In this document: piece after piece, positions 7,846 through 16,103 of the stretch
How the letters are laid out: the number at the start of each line of letters is the position of its first letter
Numbering within the stretch: the stretch's first letter is position 1
Assembly (NCBI GenBank): GCA_002328565.1
Contig: DCUU01000065.1
Span: 1 to 61,427, forward strand
Reading direction: 5' to 3'
DNA from: Candidatus Moranbacteria bacterium UBA2206
Lineage (GTDB): Bacteria; Patescibacteriota; Minisyncoccia; Moranbacterales; UBA2206
Length of the DNA: 61,427 bases
Position numbers and translations under genes: made by a program
The notes under the pieces: model-generated
Told to the model about the DNA's origin: nothing
Database searches by the model: none
Seen by the model: only the letters and a program-made list of their open reading frames with translations

Positions 7846-9792
7846 CTATTCCTTTTTCTCACCTTCTTCCTTCTTCTCCTCAGTCTCCGCATCCTTCACT
7901 TCCGGTTCCGCCTTAGCCTCGCCTTCTTTTGACGCTCCGCCCGCCGATGAGGCGGGTTCTCCGGTTGCTCCTGGCGCTGGTTGCTCTGGTTGCGAAGCCT
8001 TGTAAAGTTTCTCGCCAATCTTTTGCGCTTCTTGTGACAATTCTTCGCTGGCTTTTTTGATGGCTTCGATATCATCACCGTCCTTAACTTTTTTCAAGGC
8101 TTCAATTTTTTCTTCGACTGGTTTCTTTTCGTCGGCTGTGATTTTGTCGCCAGCTTCGCGAATCGCTTTTTCGGTGGTGAAGATTAGGGTGTCAGCAATG
8201 TTTTTCGTTTCCACCACTTCTTTCTTTTTCTTGTCTTCTTCCGCATGAACTTCCGCGTCTTTTTTCATTTTTTCCACTTCTTCTTTGGAAAGTCCAGAAG
8301 AACCTTCAATTCTGATTGATTGTTCTTTGCCGGTAGCTTTGTCCTTAGCTTTGACACTCAAGATTCCATTAGCATCGATGTCAAAAGTCACTTCTACTTG
8401 CGGAATGCCTCGTGGAGATGGTGGAATACCATCTAAAATAAATCGACCGAGCGTTTTGTTGTCAACGGCCATTTCTCGTTCACCTTGTAAAACATGAATT
8501 TCTACGGATGGCTGATTGTCAGCGGCGGTGGAAAATATTTGTGATTTGGCAGTCGGCACAGTGGTGTTTCGATCAATTAGCGGTGTTCGCACGCCACCCA
8601 TTGTTTCAATTCCCAAAGTTAGCGGAGTGACGTCCAAAAGAAGCACATCTTTCACATCTCCTTGAAGCACACCACCTTGAATAGCGGCGCCCAAAGCCAC
8701 CACTTCATCAGGATTAACTGTAAGATTAACTTTTTTTCCAAAAAATTCTTCGACTGTTTTGATGACAAGTGGCATCCTAGTCATCCCCCCCACCATCACT
8801 ATCTCATTAATATCCTTCGCTTCTAGTTTTGCATCCGCCAATGCTTTTCTGGTTGGCTCAAGTGTTTTCTTTACTAAATCCCCCACCAATTCTTCCAATT
8901 TAGCCCGAGTAATTTTCATCACGAGATGTTTTGGACCATTAGCGTCAGTTGTGATGAAAGGTTGATTAATTTCAGTGTCCGCCGCGGTGGAAAGTTCTAT
9001 CTTGGCTTTTTCTGCTGCCTCCTTGATTCTTTGCAATGCCAAAGAATCATTGCTCAAATCAATGCCTTCTTGTTTTTTGAATTCCGCAATTATCCAGCTG
9101 ATTATAATCTGATCGAAATCGTCTCCACCAAGATGCGTGTCGCCATTAGTTGATTTCACTTCCACCGTATCATCGCCAACCTCCAAAATGGAAATGTCAA
9201 AAGTTCCACCACCAAGGTCATAAACCGCAATTTTTTCATCTTTCTTTTTATTGAAGCCATAGGCCAAAGCGGCGGCTGTCGGTTCATTGATGATTCGTCG
9301 CACTTTTAGTCCGGCAATTTCTCCCGCTTCTTTGGTAGCCTTTCTTTGCGAGTCATCAAAATAGGCTGGCACAGTGATCACCGCTTCTTCGATTTTTTCT
9401 CCCAATTTTTCTTCGGCGTCTGCCTTAAGCTTAGAAAGAATCATCGCAGAAATTTCTTGCGGGGTATATTCTTTATCACCCATCAAAACTTTTACGCCAC
9501 CATTGGCTTTGACAATTTTATATGGCATCAATTTCAAATCTCTTTGCACTTCTTCATCTTCGAATCCACGACCAATCAAACGCTTGATTGAATAAAGAGT
9601 GTTACCAGAATTTGTCACTGCTTGGCGCTTCGCCAAAAGCCCAACCAATCTTTCGCCAGACTTTGAAATAGCTACCATTGACGGCGTAGTTCTCGCTCCT
9701 TCTTTGCTTTCAATTATTGCCGGACTTCCACCCTCTACGATTGCCATTGCGGAATTGGTTGTACCAAGATCGATTCCTAATATCTTGCTCAT
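7846..9792 (-). CDS. dnaK: molecular chaperone DnaK
   Basis: [25 protein letters not shown]. The ORF-track start at 9813 is a TTG; the ATG at 9792 gives [10 protein letters not shown]. Confidence 0.97.
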   Translation of the reverse strand: MSKILGIDLGTTNSAMAIVEGGSPAIIESKEGARTTPSMVAISKSGERLVGLLAKRQAVTNSGNTLYSIKRLIGRGFEDEEVQRDLKLMPYKIVKANGGVKVLMGDKEYTPQEISAMILSKLKADAEEKLGEKIEEAVITVPAYFDDSQRKATKEAGEIAGLKVRRIINEPTAAALAYGFNKKKDEKIAVYDLGGGTFDISILEVGDDTVEVKSTNGDTHLGGDDFDQIIISWIIAEFKKQEGIDLSNDSLALQRIKEAAEKAKIELSTAADTEINQPFITTDANGPKHLVMKITRAKLEELVGDLVKKTLEPTRKALADAKLEAKDINEIVMVGGMTRMPLVIKTVEEFFGKKVNLTVNPDEVVALGAAIQGGVLQGDVKDVLLLDVTPLTLGIETMGGVRTPLIDRNTTVPTAKSQIFSTAADNQPSVEIHVLQGEREMAVDNKTLGRFILDGIPPSPRGIPQVEVTFDIDANGILSVKAKDKATGKEQSIRIEGSSGLSKEEVEKMKKDAEVHAEEDKKKKEVVETKNIADTLIFTTEKAIREAGDKITADEKKPVEEKIEALKKVKDGDDIEAIKKASEELSQEAQKIGEKLYKASQPEQPAPGATGEPASSAGGASKEGEAKAEPEVKDAETEEKKEEGEKKE

Positions 9793-9862
9793 ATATTTTT
9801 TGCCAGTGGACAATGATCAAAGATCAATGAACAACAGCTTTTTTAATTTTATTAATATTACC

Positions 9863-10756
9863 TTACTCCACCGCCACTCTTGCCACTCTAATTACTTTAT
9901 TATTAATTTTATACCCTTTCATCAAAACCTTTCTCACTTTATTTTCAGATATTTCCTGTTCACTATCTCCTGATTCCTGTTTTACAGCTTCCATAAAACT
10001 TGGATCAAATTTATCGCCAATATTCACTTCTATATCTAATACACCATAGCCTTGCAAAACTTTTTCCAATTGTTTTTGAATATGCATAATTCCTACTACC
10101 CAACCACCGTCTCTTTGATCTTCAGGAATATGATCCGTCGAAGCATGAAAGTTATCCAGAATTGGAATGAGCTCTGAAATCAAATTAACATTAGAAAAAG
10201 CAATTAAATCTTTTCTTTCCTCTGTTTGTCTTTTTTTATAATTTTCAAAGTCCGCCATACAACGCTTCCAGCCCTCAAGAGAATTTTTTAATTCTAAATA
10301 CTCCTTAGCTCTTTTAATTGTTTCTTTTTTATCTTTCGTAAAATCATTATCACCAAATTTTTCCACTGCCTTGTCAAAATCCAACCACTCATATTCTTGA
10401 TGTTCATGAGATAACTCTATCTCTCCATTTTTATAATATGCAATAAATCTCAAGCCTTTTCCGCCAATCTTAATTTTTTCTTTTCCAAACTCGTATTCTC
10501 GATCATATTTATTTTCAAAATCAAAGGCATAAATTATTGGACCAAGTTCAACTTCAATCCCTAATTCTTCCATAATTTCCCTTTTCATAGCAACTTCAAT
10601 ATTTTCCCGACAATCAATATTCCCCCCTGGCAGATCATACTCTCCAGCCTTAATCGAATCATTTTCTGATCTTTTAATAATCAAAACTTTCCCTTCTTGG
10701 TTTATAATCACCGCCTTGACTGTTAAACTAAAAAAATCTTTTTTTGTTTTTTCCAT
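9863..10756 (-). CDS. grpE: Nudix hydrolase domain fused to nucleotide exchange factor GrpE
   Basis: N-terminal Nudix box GGNIDCRENIEVAMKREIMEELGI. C-terminal GrpE motifs ADFENYKKRQTEE, FDPSFMEAV, GYKINNKVIRVARVAVE. Sits between hrcA and dnaK. Confidence 0.85.
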   Translation of the reverse strand: MEKTKKDFFSLTVKAVIINQEGKVLIIKRSENDSIKAGEYDLPGGNIDCRENIEVAMKREIMEELGIEVELGPIIYAFDFENKYDREYEFGKEKIKIGGKGLRFIAYYKNGEIELSHEHQEYEWLDFDKAVEKFGDNDFTKDKKETIKRAKEYLELKNSLEGWKRCMADFENYKKRQTEERKDLIAFSNVNLISELIPILDNFHASTDHIPEDQRDGGWVVGIMHIQKQLEKVLQGYGVLDIEVNIGDKFDPSFMEAVKQESGDSEQEISENKVRKVLMKGYKINNKVIRVARVAVE

Positions 10757-10761
10757 AATTT

Positions 10762-11514
10762 TTATTTTAAAAATATTACTCCGCCTTCCACTATAGAAAT
10801 TATTACAATCGAACTGCCCAAAAGTTTTCGGGCATAATCCAATAGCGACTTGTTTTTAGCATATTTCATCCTCTTGGGTCCGACAATCGCCAAGATTCCT
10901 CTTTCGCCTTCTTTGGTCGTATATGGACTCACTACCATTGAACAATTAGAAATCTCTTTGATCGGATTTTCTTTGCCGATAAAAATTCTGGTTTCGCCGT
11001 CTTTGATTTTCGAAAGAATCGTGTCCACATTTTCATCGATATAATCCAGCGCTTCGGCAATTCGACAGAACTCATCCACATTTTGAAATTCCGGATTTTC
11101 CAAAAGTTCGCCGATTCCAAAATCATAAAATTCTTTTTCTGATCCACTGATTGCCAGGCTTCCACTGAAAGACGATAGGAGTTTGGCCGCTGTGCGAGAA
11201 ATTCTTTTATTTTGCGCCTTGAGCTTCAAAACTTCCGTTTGCAGTTTTTTCTGATCCGTCAAACTCATTTTTTGATCTGTCATAATGCTTTCCACAAAAA
11301 ACCGATATCCTTTGTCAGTTGGGATGCGTCCGGCGCTGATGTGCGGTTGATGCAAAAATCCTTTTTCTTCCAATTCCGCCATATCATTTCGAATCGTAGC
11401 CGAACTTACTTTCAAATCATATTTGTCTTCCAAAACTTTTGAGCCAACAGCAACAGCCGAATTGGTATATTCTTCAATCACCGCCGCTAAAATTTTCTTG
11501 AGTCTGTCGTTCAT
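10762..11514 (-). CDS. hrcA: heat-inducible transcription repressor HrcA (short, 250 aa)
   Basis: N-terminal winged-helix region SSATIRNDMAELEEKGFLHQPHISAGRIPTDKGYRFFV. A CIRCE operator lies upstream. Confidence 0.9.
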   Translation of the reverse strand: MNDRLKKILAAVIEEYTNSAVAVGSKVLEDKYDLKVSSATIRNDMAELEEKGFLHQPHISAGRIPTDKGYRFFVESIMTDQKMSLTDQKKLQTEVLKLKAQNKRISRTAAKLLSSFSGSLAISGSEKEFYDFGIGELLENPEFQNVDEFCRIAEALDYIDENVDTILSKIKDGETRIFIGKENPIKEISNCSMVVSPYTTKEGERGILAIVGPKRMKYAKNKSLLDYARKLLGSSIVIISIVEGGVIFLK

Positions 11515-11522
11515 AAAATAGT

Positions 11523-11615
11523 GATGCTAATTTTGCTAATAAATGCGAATCTGCGAATTGCTAATTGTTTTTTATTCGCAATTAGCAGATTAGCGTATAT
11601 TTGTAGTTTAGCATC
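11523..11615. repeat. 93-bp TTAGCA/TTCGCA word array, family A (copy A1)
   Basis: 6 substitutions plus 1 indel relative to 48831..48922 by manual alignment. Forms the hrcA 5' leader. Confidence 0.8.
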
Positions 11616-11619
11616 TCAC

Positions 11620-11646
11620 TTAGCACTCGTCAAGTCCGAGTGCTAA
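11620..11646 (-). promoter_or_regulatory. CIRCE operator (perfect consensus)
   Basis: TTAGCACTC-GTCAAGTCC-GAGTGCTAA. Confidence 0.92.
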
Positions 11647-11650
11647 TTTA

Positions 11651-11678
11651 ATTTTAGCAGATTGTTTTTAGCTGTCAA
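11651..11678 (-). promoter_or_regulatory. sigma70-type promoter of the hrcA operon
   Basis: Minus-sense TTGACA (11678-11673), 16-nt spacer, TAAAAT (11656-11651). CIRCE starts 5 nt downstream. Confidence 0.7.
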
Positions 11679-11722
11679 GATTTGATTTTATCTTGAATTT
11701 AAAGTATTCTTTATAAGTGCAC

Positions 11723-11793
11723 TGGGGAATAGCCAAGCGGTAAGGCAACGGGTTCTGATCCCGTGATCGGGGGTTCGAATCCCTCTTCCCCAA
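11723..11793 (+). tRNA. tRNA-Gln (anticodon CUG)
   Basis: Acceptor TGGGGAA/TTCCCCA, anticodon arm ACGGG-TTCTGAT-CCCGT, T arm GGGGG-TTCGAAT-CCCTC. Confidence 0.9.
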
Positions 11794-11911
11794 CTAGATA
11801 CCAGCCATTTTTTGCAAACTCTTGCAATTTTTTTTGTTTTATGATAATTTGCAATATCGATTATTTTAAATAGAAAATAAACCCAGCACCTTAAAACTTA
11901 AAGGAATTGCC

Positions 11912-12217
11912 ATGCAGAAAAAAAGAAAAAGAAATTCAACGGTAAAAAGCACGCTCGAAATAAATTCAAAGGTTTTCAAATTGAACGTTAATGAATTAGG
12001 AATGATTCTGTTGTGTGCTGGCGTCATTAAAAATCAATTCTGGCGCGGAGGTAATGCCTTAAAATACAGGGAAAGGAATAAACCTTGCCCTCCGAACAAA
12101 ATTATTGATGCAAAAAAGGTCACCAATGGCAAGCAGACTTTTCATGTTCTGTTCCAAGAAGCCCGTGGCAAAATGACCTACAATATCTGCACGGTTTACC
12201 GTGCAAAACAAAAATAG
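11912..12217 (+). CDS. hypothetical small basic protein (101 aa)
   Basis: ATG preceded by AAAGGA and followed by a strong hairpin terminator. No recognisable domain. One of three plus-strand CDS. Confidence 0.5.
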   Translation: MQKKRKRNSTVKSTLEINSKVFKLNVNELGMILLCAGVIKNQFWRGGNALKYRERNKPCPPNKIIDAKKVTNGKQTFHVLFQEARGKMTYNICTVYRAKQK

Positions 12218-12228
12218 TTCCTTTACCG

Positions 12229-12270
12229 AAAAGTCCCCCGTTGTCAGCTGACGACGCGTGGGACTTTTTT
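12229..12270 (+). terminator. intrinsic terminator of ORF 11912..12217
   Basis: AAAAGTCCC ... GGGACTTTT with inner palindrome GTCAGCTGAC, followed by TTTTTT. Confidence 0.7.
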
Positions 12271-12273
12271 ACG

Positions 12274-12307
12274 CAAAAAAACACGCCTCATGCGTGTTTT
12301 TATTTTT
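12274..12307. terminator. bidirectional terminator (serves ftsX on the minus strand)
   Basis: ACACGC-ctcat-GCGTGT flanked by an A-run and a T-run. Confidence 0.65.
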
Positions 12308-12346
12308 TCGCTTTCTACTTTCTACTTACTACTTTCCACTTTCTAC

Positions 12347-13255
12347 TTAAATCTTAAGGTATTTCTGCATCGCAATCCAACTACTGGTAATCCCTAAAAA
12401 GGCGCCGATAGCAATTTGGAGTCCAAGGACATAAAGCGCGTGCGAAAGATAGAAGGTGAATAAGTTTCCAGAAGACACTACTGAAGACGCGTAGACATTT
12501 ATAAATTTAATGGCAATCATCAAAATAAGCGATGCAATAAGCGAAGCAATCACGCCATAGAGTATACCTTCGAAAATAAACGGCAAACGAATGAACATGT
12601 TCGATGCTCCAACTAGTCTCATAACTTCAATCTCTTGTTTGTGAGTGTAGATAGTAATTCGAATTGTATTGAAAATTATCAGAATTGAAACAGCACCAAA
12701 AATTCCCGCTACCACCAACCCGATTTTCTTGGATTGAAAAATAATTCCATTCAAACGATTTATCAAGTCCTTATTCTTGCCATAGTTAATCCGACTAACA
12801 TCATCTTTGAAAGATGCGTTCGAAACATAATCAGAAATCGATTGATATTGACTAGGATTGTTAGCTTTGATAACTAAAGATGCCAAAAGAGGATTTTCTC
12901 CAATCTCTTCCAGCGACTGCATAATAACCGGTTCATCAACATTGTCTCGTTTAAAAATTTCCAAAGCTTTGTCTTTGGAAATATATTCTATCGAACTTAT
13001 TTCCTTGAAACTTTCTAAATCTTTCTTATTCTGGGCGATCTTTTCTTCACTCACATCACTTTTGAAATATACGCTTACGTTCACTTTTCCTTCTACATTT
13101 TTTAGCACATTATCCGCCACCATCCCCATCGTGAAAACTGCACCCACCACAAAAAGCGAGAGTACAAGCACACTCACTGCCGCCACTGACAACCAACCAT
13201 TTCTCCAAAAATTTATTAAACTTTCTTTTATTGTCCTTCCTAAAATTAAAAACAT
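12347..13255 (-). CDS. ftsX: cell division permease-like protein FtsX
   Basis: 302 aa: N-terminal TM, extracytoplasmic domain, three C-terminal TMs. Immediately downstream of ftsE. Confidence 0.9.
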   Translation of the reverse strand: MFLILGRTIKESLINFWRNGWLSVAAVSVLVLSLFVVGAVFTMGMVADNVLKNVEGKVNVSVYFKSDVSEEKIAQNKKDLESFKEISSIEYISKDKALEIFKRDNVDEPVIMQSLEEIGENPLLASLVIKANNPSQYQSISDYVSNASFKDDVSRINYGKNKDLINRLNGIIFQSKKIGLVVAGIFGAVSILIIFNTIRITIYTHKQEIEVMRLVGASNMFIRLPFIFEGILYGVIASLIASLILMIAIKFINVYASSVVSSGNLFTFYLSHALYVLGLQIAIGAFLGITSSWIAMQKYLKI

Positions 13256-13267
13256 AGGTTTATTTTT

Positions 13268-14053
13268 TTAGCACATTTTATATTTCCCTTTGGCGTCGTC
13301 GCAAATTATTTTCCCATGATCTAAAACAACTACTCTCTTGGAAGCCTTATTAACAATATCATGGTCATGGCTGGCCAAAATCACAGTCGTTCCAAGCTTA
13401 TTTATATCTAAAAGTAATTTAACTATTTCCATGGAATTCATCGGATCTAAATTTCCAGTTGGTTCATCCGCCACAATCACTAGTGGTTTATGAATAAGTG
13501 CCCGCGCTAAAACTACTTTTTGTTGTTCTCCGCCGGAAAGTTGGCGCGGAAATTTTTCCATCTTATCTCCCAAGCCGACAATGTCAAGAATTTGAGGTAC
13601 ATCTTCCAAAATTTCAAGTTTAGGCGCTCCACAAACTTCCAGAGCATAAGCTACATTCTCAAAAACAGTTTTTTGCGACAGTAATTTAAAATCCTGAAAA
13701 ATCATACCAATTCTTCTTCTGTGGTATGATAGTTTTCGTCGGCTGATCATATCCAAAGAAATTCCATCAAAATATACCGAACCTTCCGTTGGCGATTCTT
13801 CAACATGAATCATTTTCAAAAGAGTAGATTTACCGGCGCCACTATGTCCAACAATTGAAACAAACTCTCCTTTTTTAATTTCCAAATTAATATCATCCAG
13901 AATAGCTTTGTCGTTTTTGAAAATTTTAGTGACGTGATCAAATCGAATAAGCGCAGAATCATTTTCCACTCTCAATTCTTCTATTTTGTCTTCCAATTCA
14001 ATATTATCCTCAACTTCAAAATCTTTTTCTTTTTTATTCAATTTATTTTTCAT
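13268..14053 (-). CDS. ftsE: cell division ATP-binding protein FtsE
   Basis: Walker A GHSGAGKST, signature LSGGEQQ, Walker [13 protein letters not shown]. The ORF-track start at 14083 lies inside a conserved intergenic motif, so ATG 14053 is preferred. Confidence 0.9.
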   Translation of the reverse strand: MKNKLNKKEKDFEVEDNIELEDKIEELRVENDSALIRFDHVTKIFKNDKAILDDINLEIKKGEFVSIVGHSGAGKSTLLKMIHVEESPTEGSVYFDGISLDMISRRKLSYHRRRIGMIFQDFKLLSQKTVFENVAYALEVCGAPKLEILEDVPQILDIVGLGDKMEKFPRQLSGGEQQKVVLARALIHKPLVIVADEPTGNLDPMNSMEIVKLLLDINKLGTTVILASHDHDIVNKASKRVVVLDHGKIICDDAKGKYKMC

Positions 14054-14092
14054 ATTATTTATTCGCGATTCGTAGATTCGCATCGCTTTTAT

Positions 14093-14121
14093 ATTATAAA
14101 CTATTTTTTCAAATACTTCAA
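14093..14121 (-). promoter_or_regulatory. sigma70-type promoter of ftsEX
   Basis: Minus-sense TTGAAG (14121-14116), 17-nt spacer, TATAAT (14098-14093). The -10 is part of a 27-nt motif repeated at 45990..46016. Confidence 0.6.
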
Positions 14122-15198
14122 ATAGCTTTCCATAAATTCATTCAAATCCCCCGCCAATACTTGTTCTGCCTGGGCAGTTTCGTGTTTTGTCCGATGATCC
14201 TTGACCATTTTGTATGGATGAATCACGTATGATCGAATCTGACTGCCCCACTCGGCGCTTAAAGATTCACCACGAAGTTTTCTTTTTTCTTCTTCCACTT
14301 CTTCCAAATATTTTTTATGCAATTTCGCTCGAAGAATTTTCATCGCCTGTTCTTTGTTTTGCAGTTGCGATCTTTCATTTTGACAAGCGGCCACAACGCC
14401 CGTTGGAATATGCGTAATTCGCACAGCGCTGTCAGTCGTATTGACGCTTTGTCCACCCGCACCGCTTGACCGATACACATCCACGCGCAAATCTTGCGGG
14501 TTAATTTGCACTTCTTTCATTTCAGAAATTACGGGCATAATTTCAACTAGTGCAAAAGATGTTTGGCGAAGATTGTCAGCATTAAATGGCGAAAGTCGCA
14601 CCAGCCGATGCACACCCGCTTCGCTTTTCAAATATCCATAAGCAAAGCTACCCGAAATTTCTAGCGTCGCACTTTTTATCCCCGCTTCCTGTCCGCGAGT
14701 TTCGTCAAGAAGTCTCGCCTTGAAATTATTCCTCTCCGCCCATTTGAGATACATTCTAAGAATCATTTCCGACCAATCCTGCGCATCCACTCCGCCCGCC
14801 CCACTCATGATATTTATAATAGCATCGTTTCGGTCATATTCCTGCGAAAAAAGAGTTTTGAATTCCAAAGCATTGATATTTTTTTCAATTTCCAAAATTT
14901 CTTTTTGAATCTCATTCTTATCCGCCGATGAGGCGGGCTCGTCCTGTGCCATATTTACTAATTCGCTCAAATTAGAAAGTTTATTTTCAATTTCTTCAAT
15001 TTCACTAATTTCTTTTTTCAATTCTTCAATTTCCTGCATAATTTTCCCCGCATTTTGCGAATCATTCCAAAAACCTTCCTCTTCACTCTTTTTTGTTAAT
15101 TCTGAAATTTTCTGTGTTTTTCCATCAACTTTTAAATAGTCCCGAATGATCGGGAGTTTAATCTTCAGTTCTTCGATTTTTTTCAATATCTCTGCCAT
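14101..15198 (-). CDS. prfB: peptide chain release factor 2
   Basis: SPF motif (RLSPFNA) and GGQ motif (SGAGGQSVN). Single uninterrupted 365-codon ORF. Confidence 0.95.
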   Translation of the reverse strand: MAEILKKIEELKIKLPIIRDYLKVDGKTQKISELTKKSEEEGFWNDSQNAGKIMQEIEELKKEISEIEEIENKLSNLSELVNMAQDEPASSADKNEIQKEILEIEKNINALEFKTLFSQEYDRNDAIINIMSGAGGVDAQDWSEMILRMYLKWAERNNFKARLLDETRGQEAGIKSATLEISGSFAYGYLKSEAGVHRLVRLSPFNADNLRQTSFALVEIMPVISEMKEVQINPQDLRVDVYRSSGAGGQSVNTTDSAVRITHIPTGVVAACQNERSQLQNKEQAMKILRAKLHKKYLEEVEEEKRKLRGESLSAEWGSQIRSYVIHPYKMVKDHRTKHETAQAEQVLAGDLNEFMESYLKYLKK

Positions 15199-15233
15199 TT
15201 TTGTCTGCGAACGAAGTGAGAAGATACAAAAAT

Positions 15234-15358
15234 GAGCATCCCTGCACTAATTCGCTTTTTTTTTAAAAATATTATTTTCAGACTAAGCCGAAGGCGACCA
15301 CGCGCATCAATTTACAAATTAGTAGAAACTTTCTTGGAATTAGTGCGGGACTGCACTC
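15234..15358. repeat. long intergenic hairpin between the ZIP gene and prfB
   Basis: Arms GAGCATCCCTGCACTAATTC / GAATTAGTGCGGGACTGCACTC about 85 nt apart, with a GC-rich centre (AGCCGAAGGCGACCACGCGC). Confidence 0.6.
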
Positions 15359-15359
15359 C

Positions 15360-16103
15360 TTATTCCAAAAACAACAACCCCGCCATCAGGGCCATACCCA
15401 ATACAAAGGCGATTGTTTGCCAAAAACCGGCCTTGAGCGAGCGATGCTTGTGAAGTTCAGGAATAAGGTCTGTTCCAGCGATATAGATAAACCCACCAGC
15501 GGCAAAAGGCACTAAAAATGAGGTTAAATCAGCCGTATTCAAATTTATCGCTAAAATTACAATCGCGCCAAGGACTGCTGTGAGCGCTGTGAGAAAGTTG
15601 AAAAACAAAGCTTTCGCCCTGGAAAAACCAGCATACACCAAAGAGGCAAAATCGCCAATTTCTTGAGGAATTTCATGGAAAATCACCGCTGTTGTTGTGG
15701 CAATTCCCAGCGGAACACTTACCAAAAAACTGGTAGCGATAATCATCCCATCGATGAAATTATGAATCGAATCTCCAATTAAAATTACATAAGAAAAAGG
15801 ATGAGGATGCTGTTCGCAAGGCTCTTCGTGACAATGGCGCCAACGAATGATTTTTTCAATCAGAAAGAAAATCAAAATTCCACCCAAAATTGAAAAGGAA
15901 ATTTCGATAGTATTTTGCGATTCCTCGAAAGCTTCCGGGATAAGATGAAGGAATGCATCCCCCATCAAAGTTCCAGCTGAAAAACTAACAAGATAAATCA
16001 AAACTTTATACAATTTTTTCTGATTCACAGATAGCGCAAAAACACCGACAAGCGAAATCAGACTAATAATTAAAACTGAAATAATTGTATAAATCCAAAT
16101 CAT
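15360..16103 (-). CDS. ZIP family metal transporter
   Basis: 247 aa multi-TM protein with HNFIDG and HEIPQEIGDF motifs. Confidence 0.85.
   Translation of the reverse strand: MIWIYTIISVLIISLISLVGVFALSVNQKKLYKVLIYLVSFSAGTLMGDAFLHLIPEAFEESQNTIEISFSILGGILIFFLIEKIIRWRHCHEEPCEQHPHPFSYVILIGDSIHNFIDGMIIATSFLVSVPLGIATTTAVIFHEIPQEIGDFASLVYAGFSRAKALFFNFLTALTAVLGAIVILAINLNTADLTSFLVPFAAGGFIYIAGTDLIPELHKHRSLKAGFWQTIAFVLGMALMAGLLFLE

Noticed and set aside
10762-11514. The short HrcA (250 aa versus about 340 typical) as a possible truncated pseudogene
   Set aside because: The ORF is intact, with a conserved N-terminal DNA-binding region, and is preceded by a perfect promoter and CIRCE. Compact versions are plausible in reduced genomes. 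Domain content should be checked with a profile alignment.
12085-12107. Shared 11-mer CCTTGCCCTCC (peptide KPCPP) between the two plus-strand genes, at 12088 and 34893
   Set aside because: A single 11-nt match between regions of about 300 and 750 bp has a chance probability of a few percent, and there is no flanking similarity. Insufficient to claim common origin.
12858-13271. Long plus-strand ORFs in the track that lie antisense to minus-strand genes (e.g. 12858..13271, 41649..42050, 44847..45317, 46361..46975, 9599..9973, 2156..2524)
   Set aside because: Each lies fully within, or mostly within, a minus-strand gene with clear family motifs. Their translations are low-complexity (F/S/L/I-rich), as expected from antisense reading of AT-rich coding DNA. 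No independent start or terminator signals.
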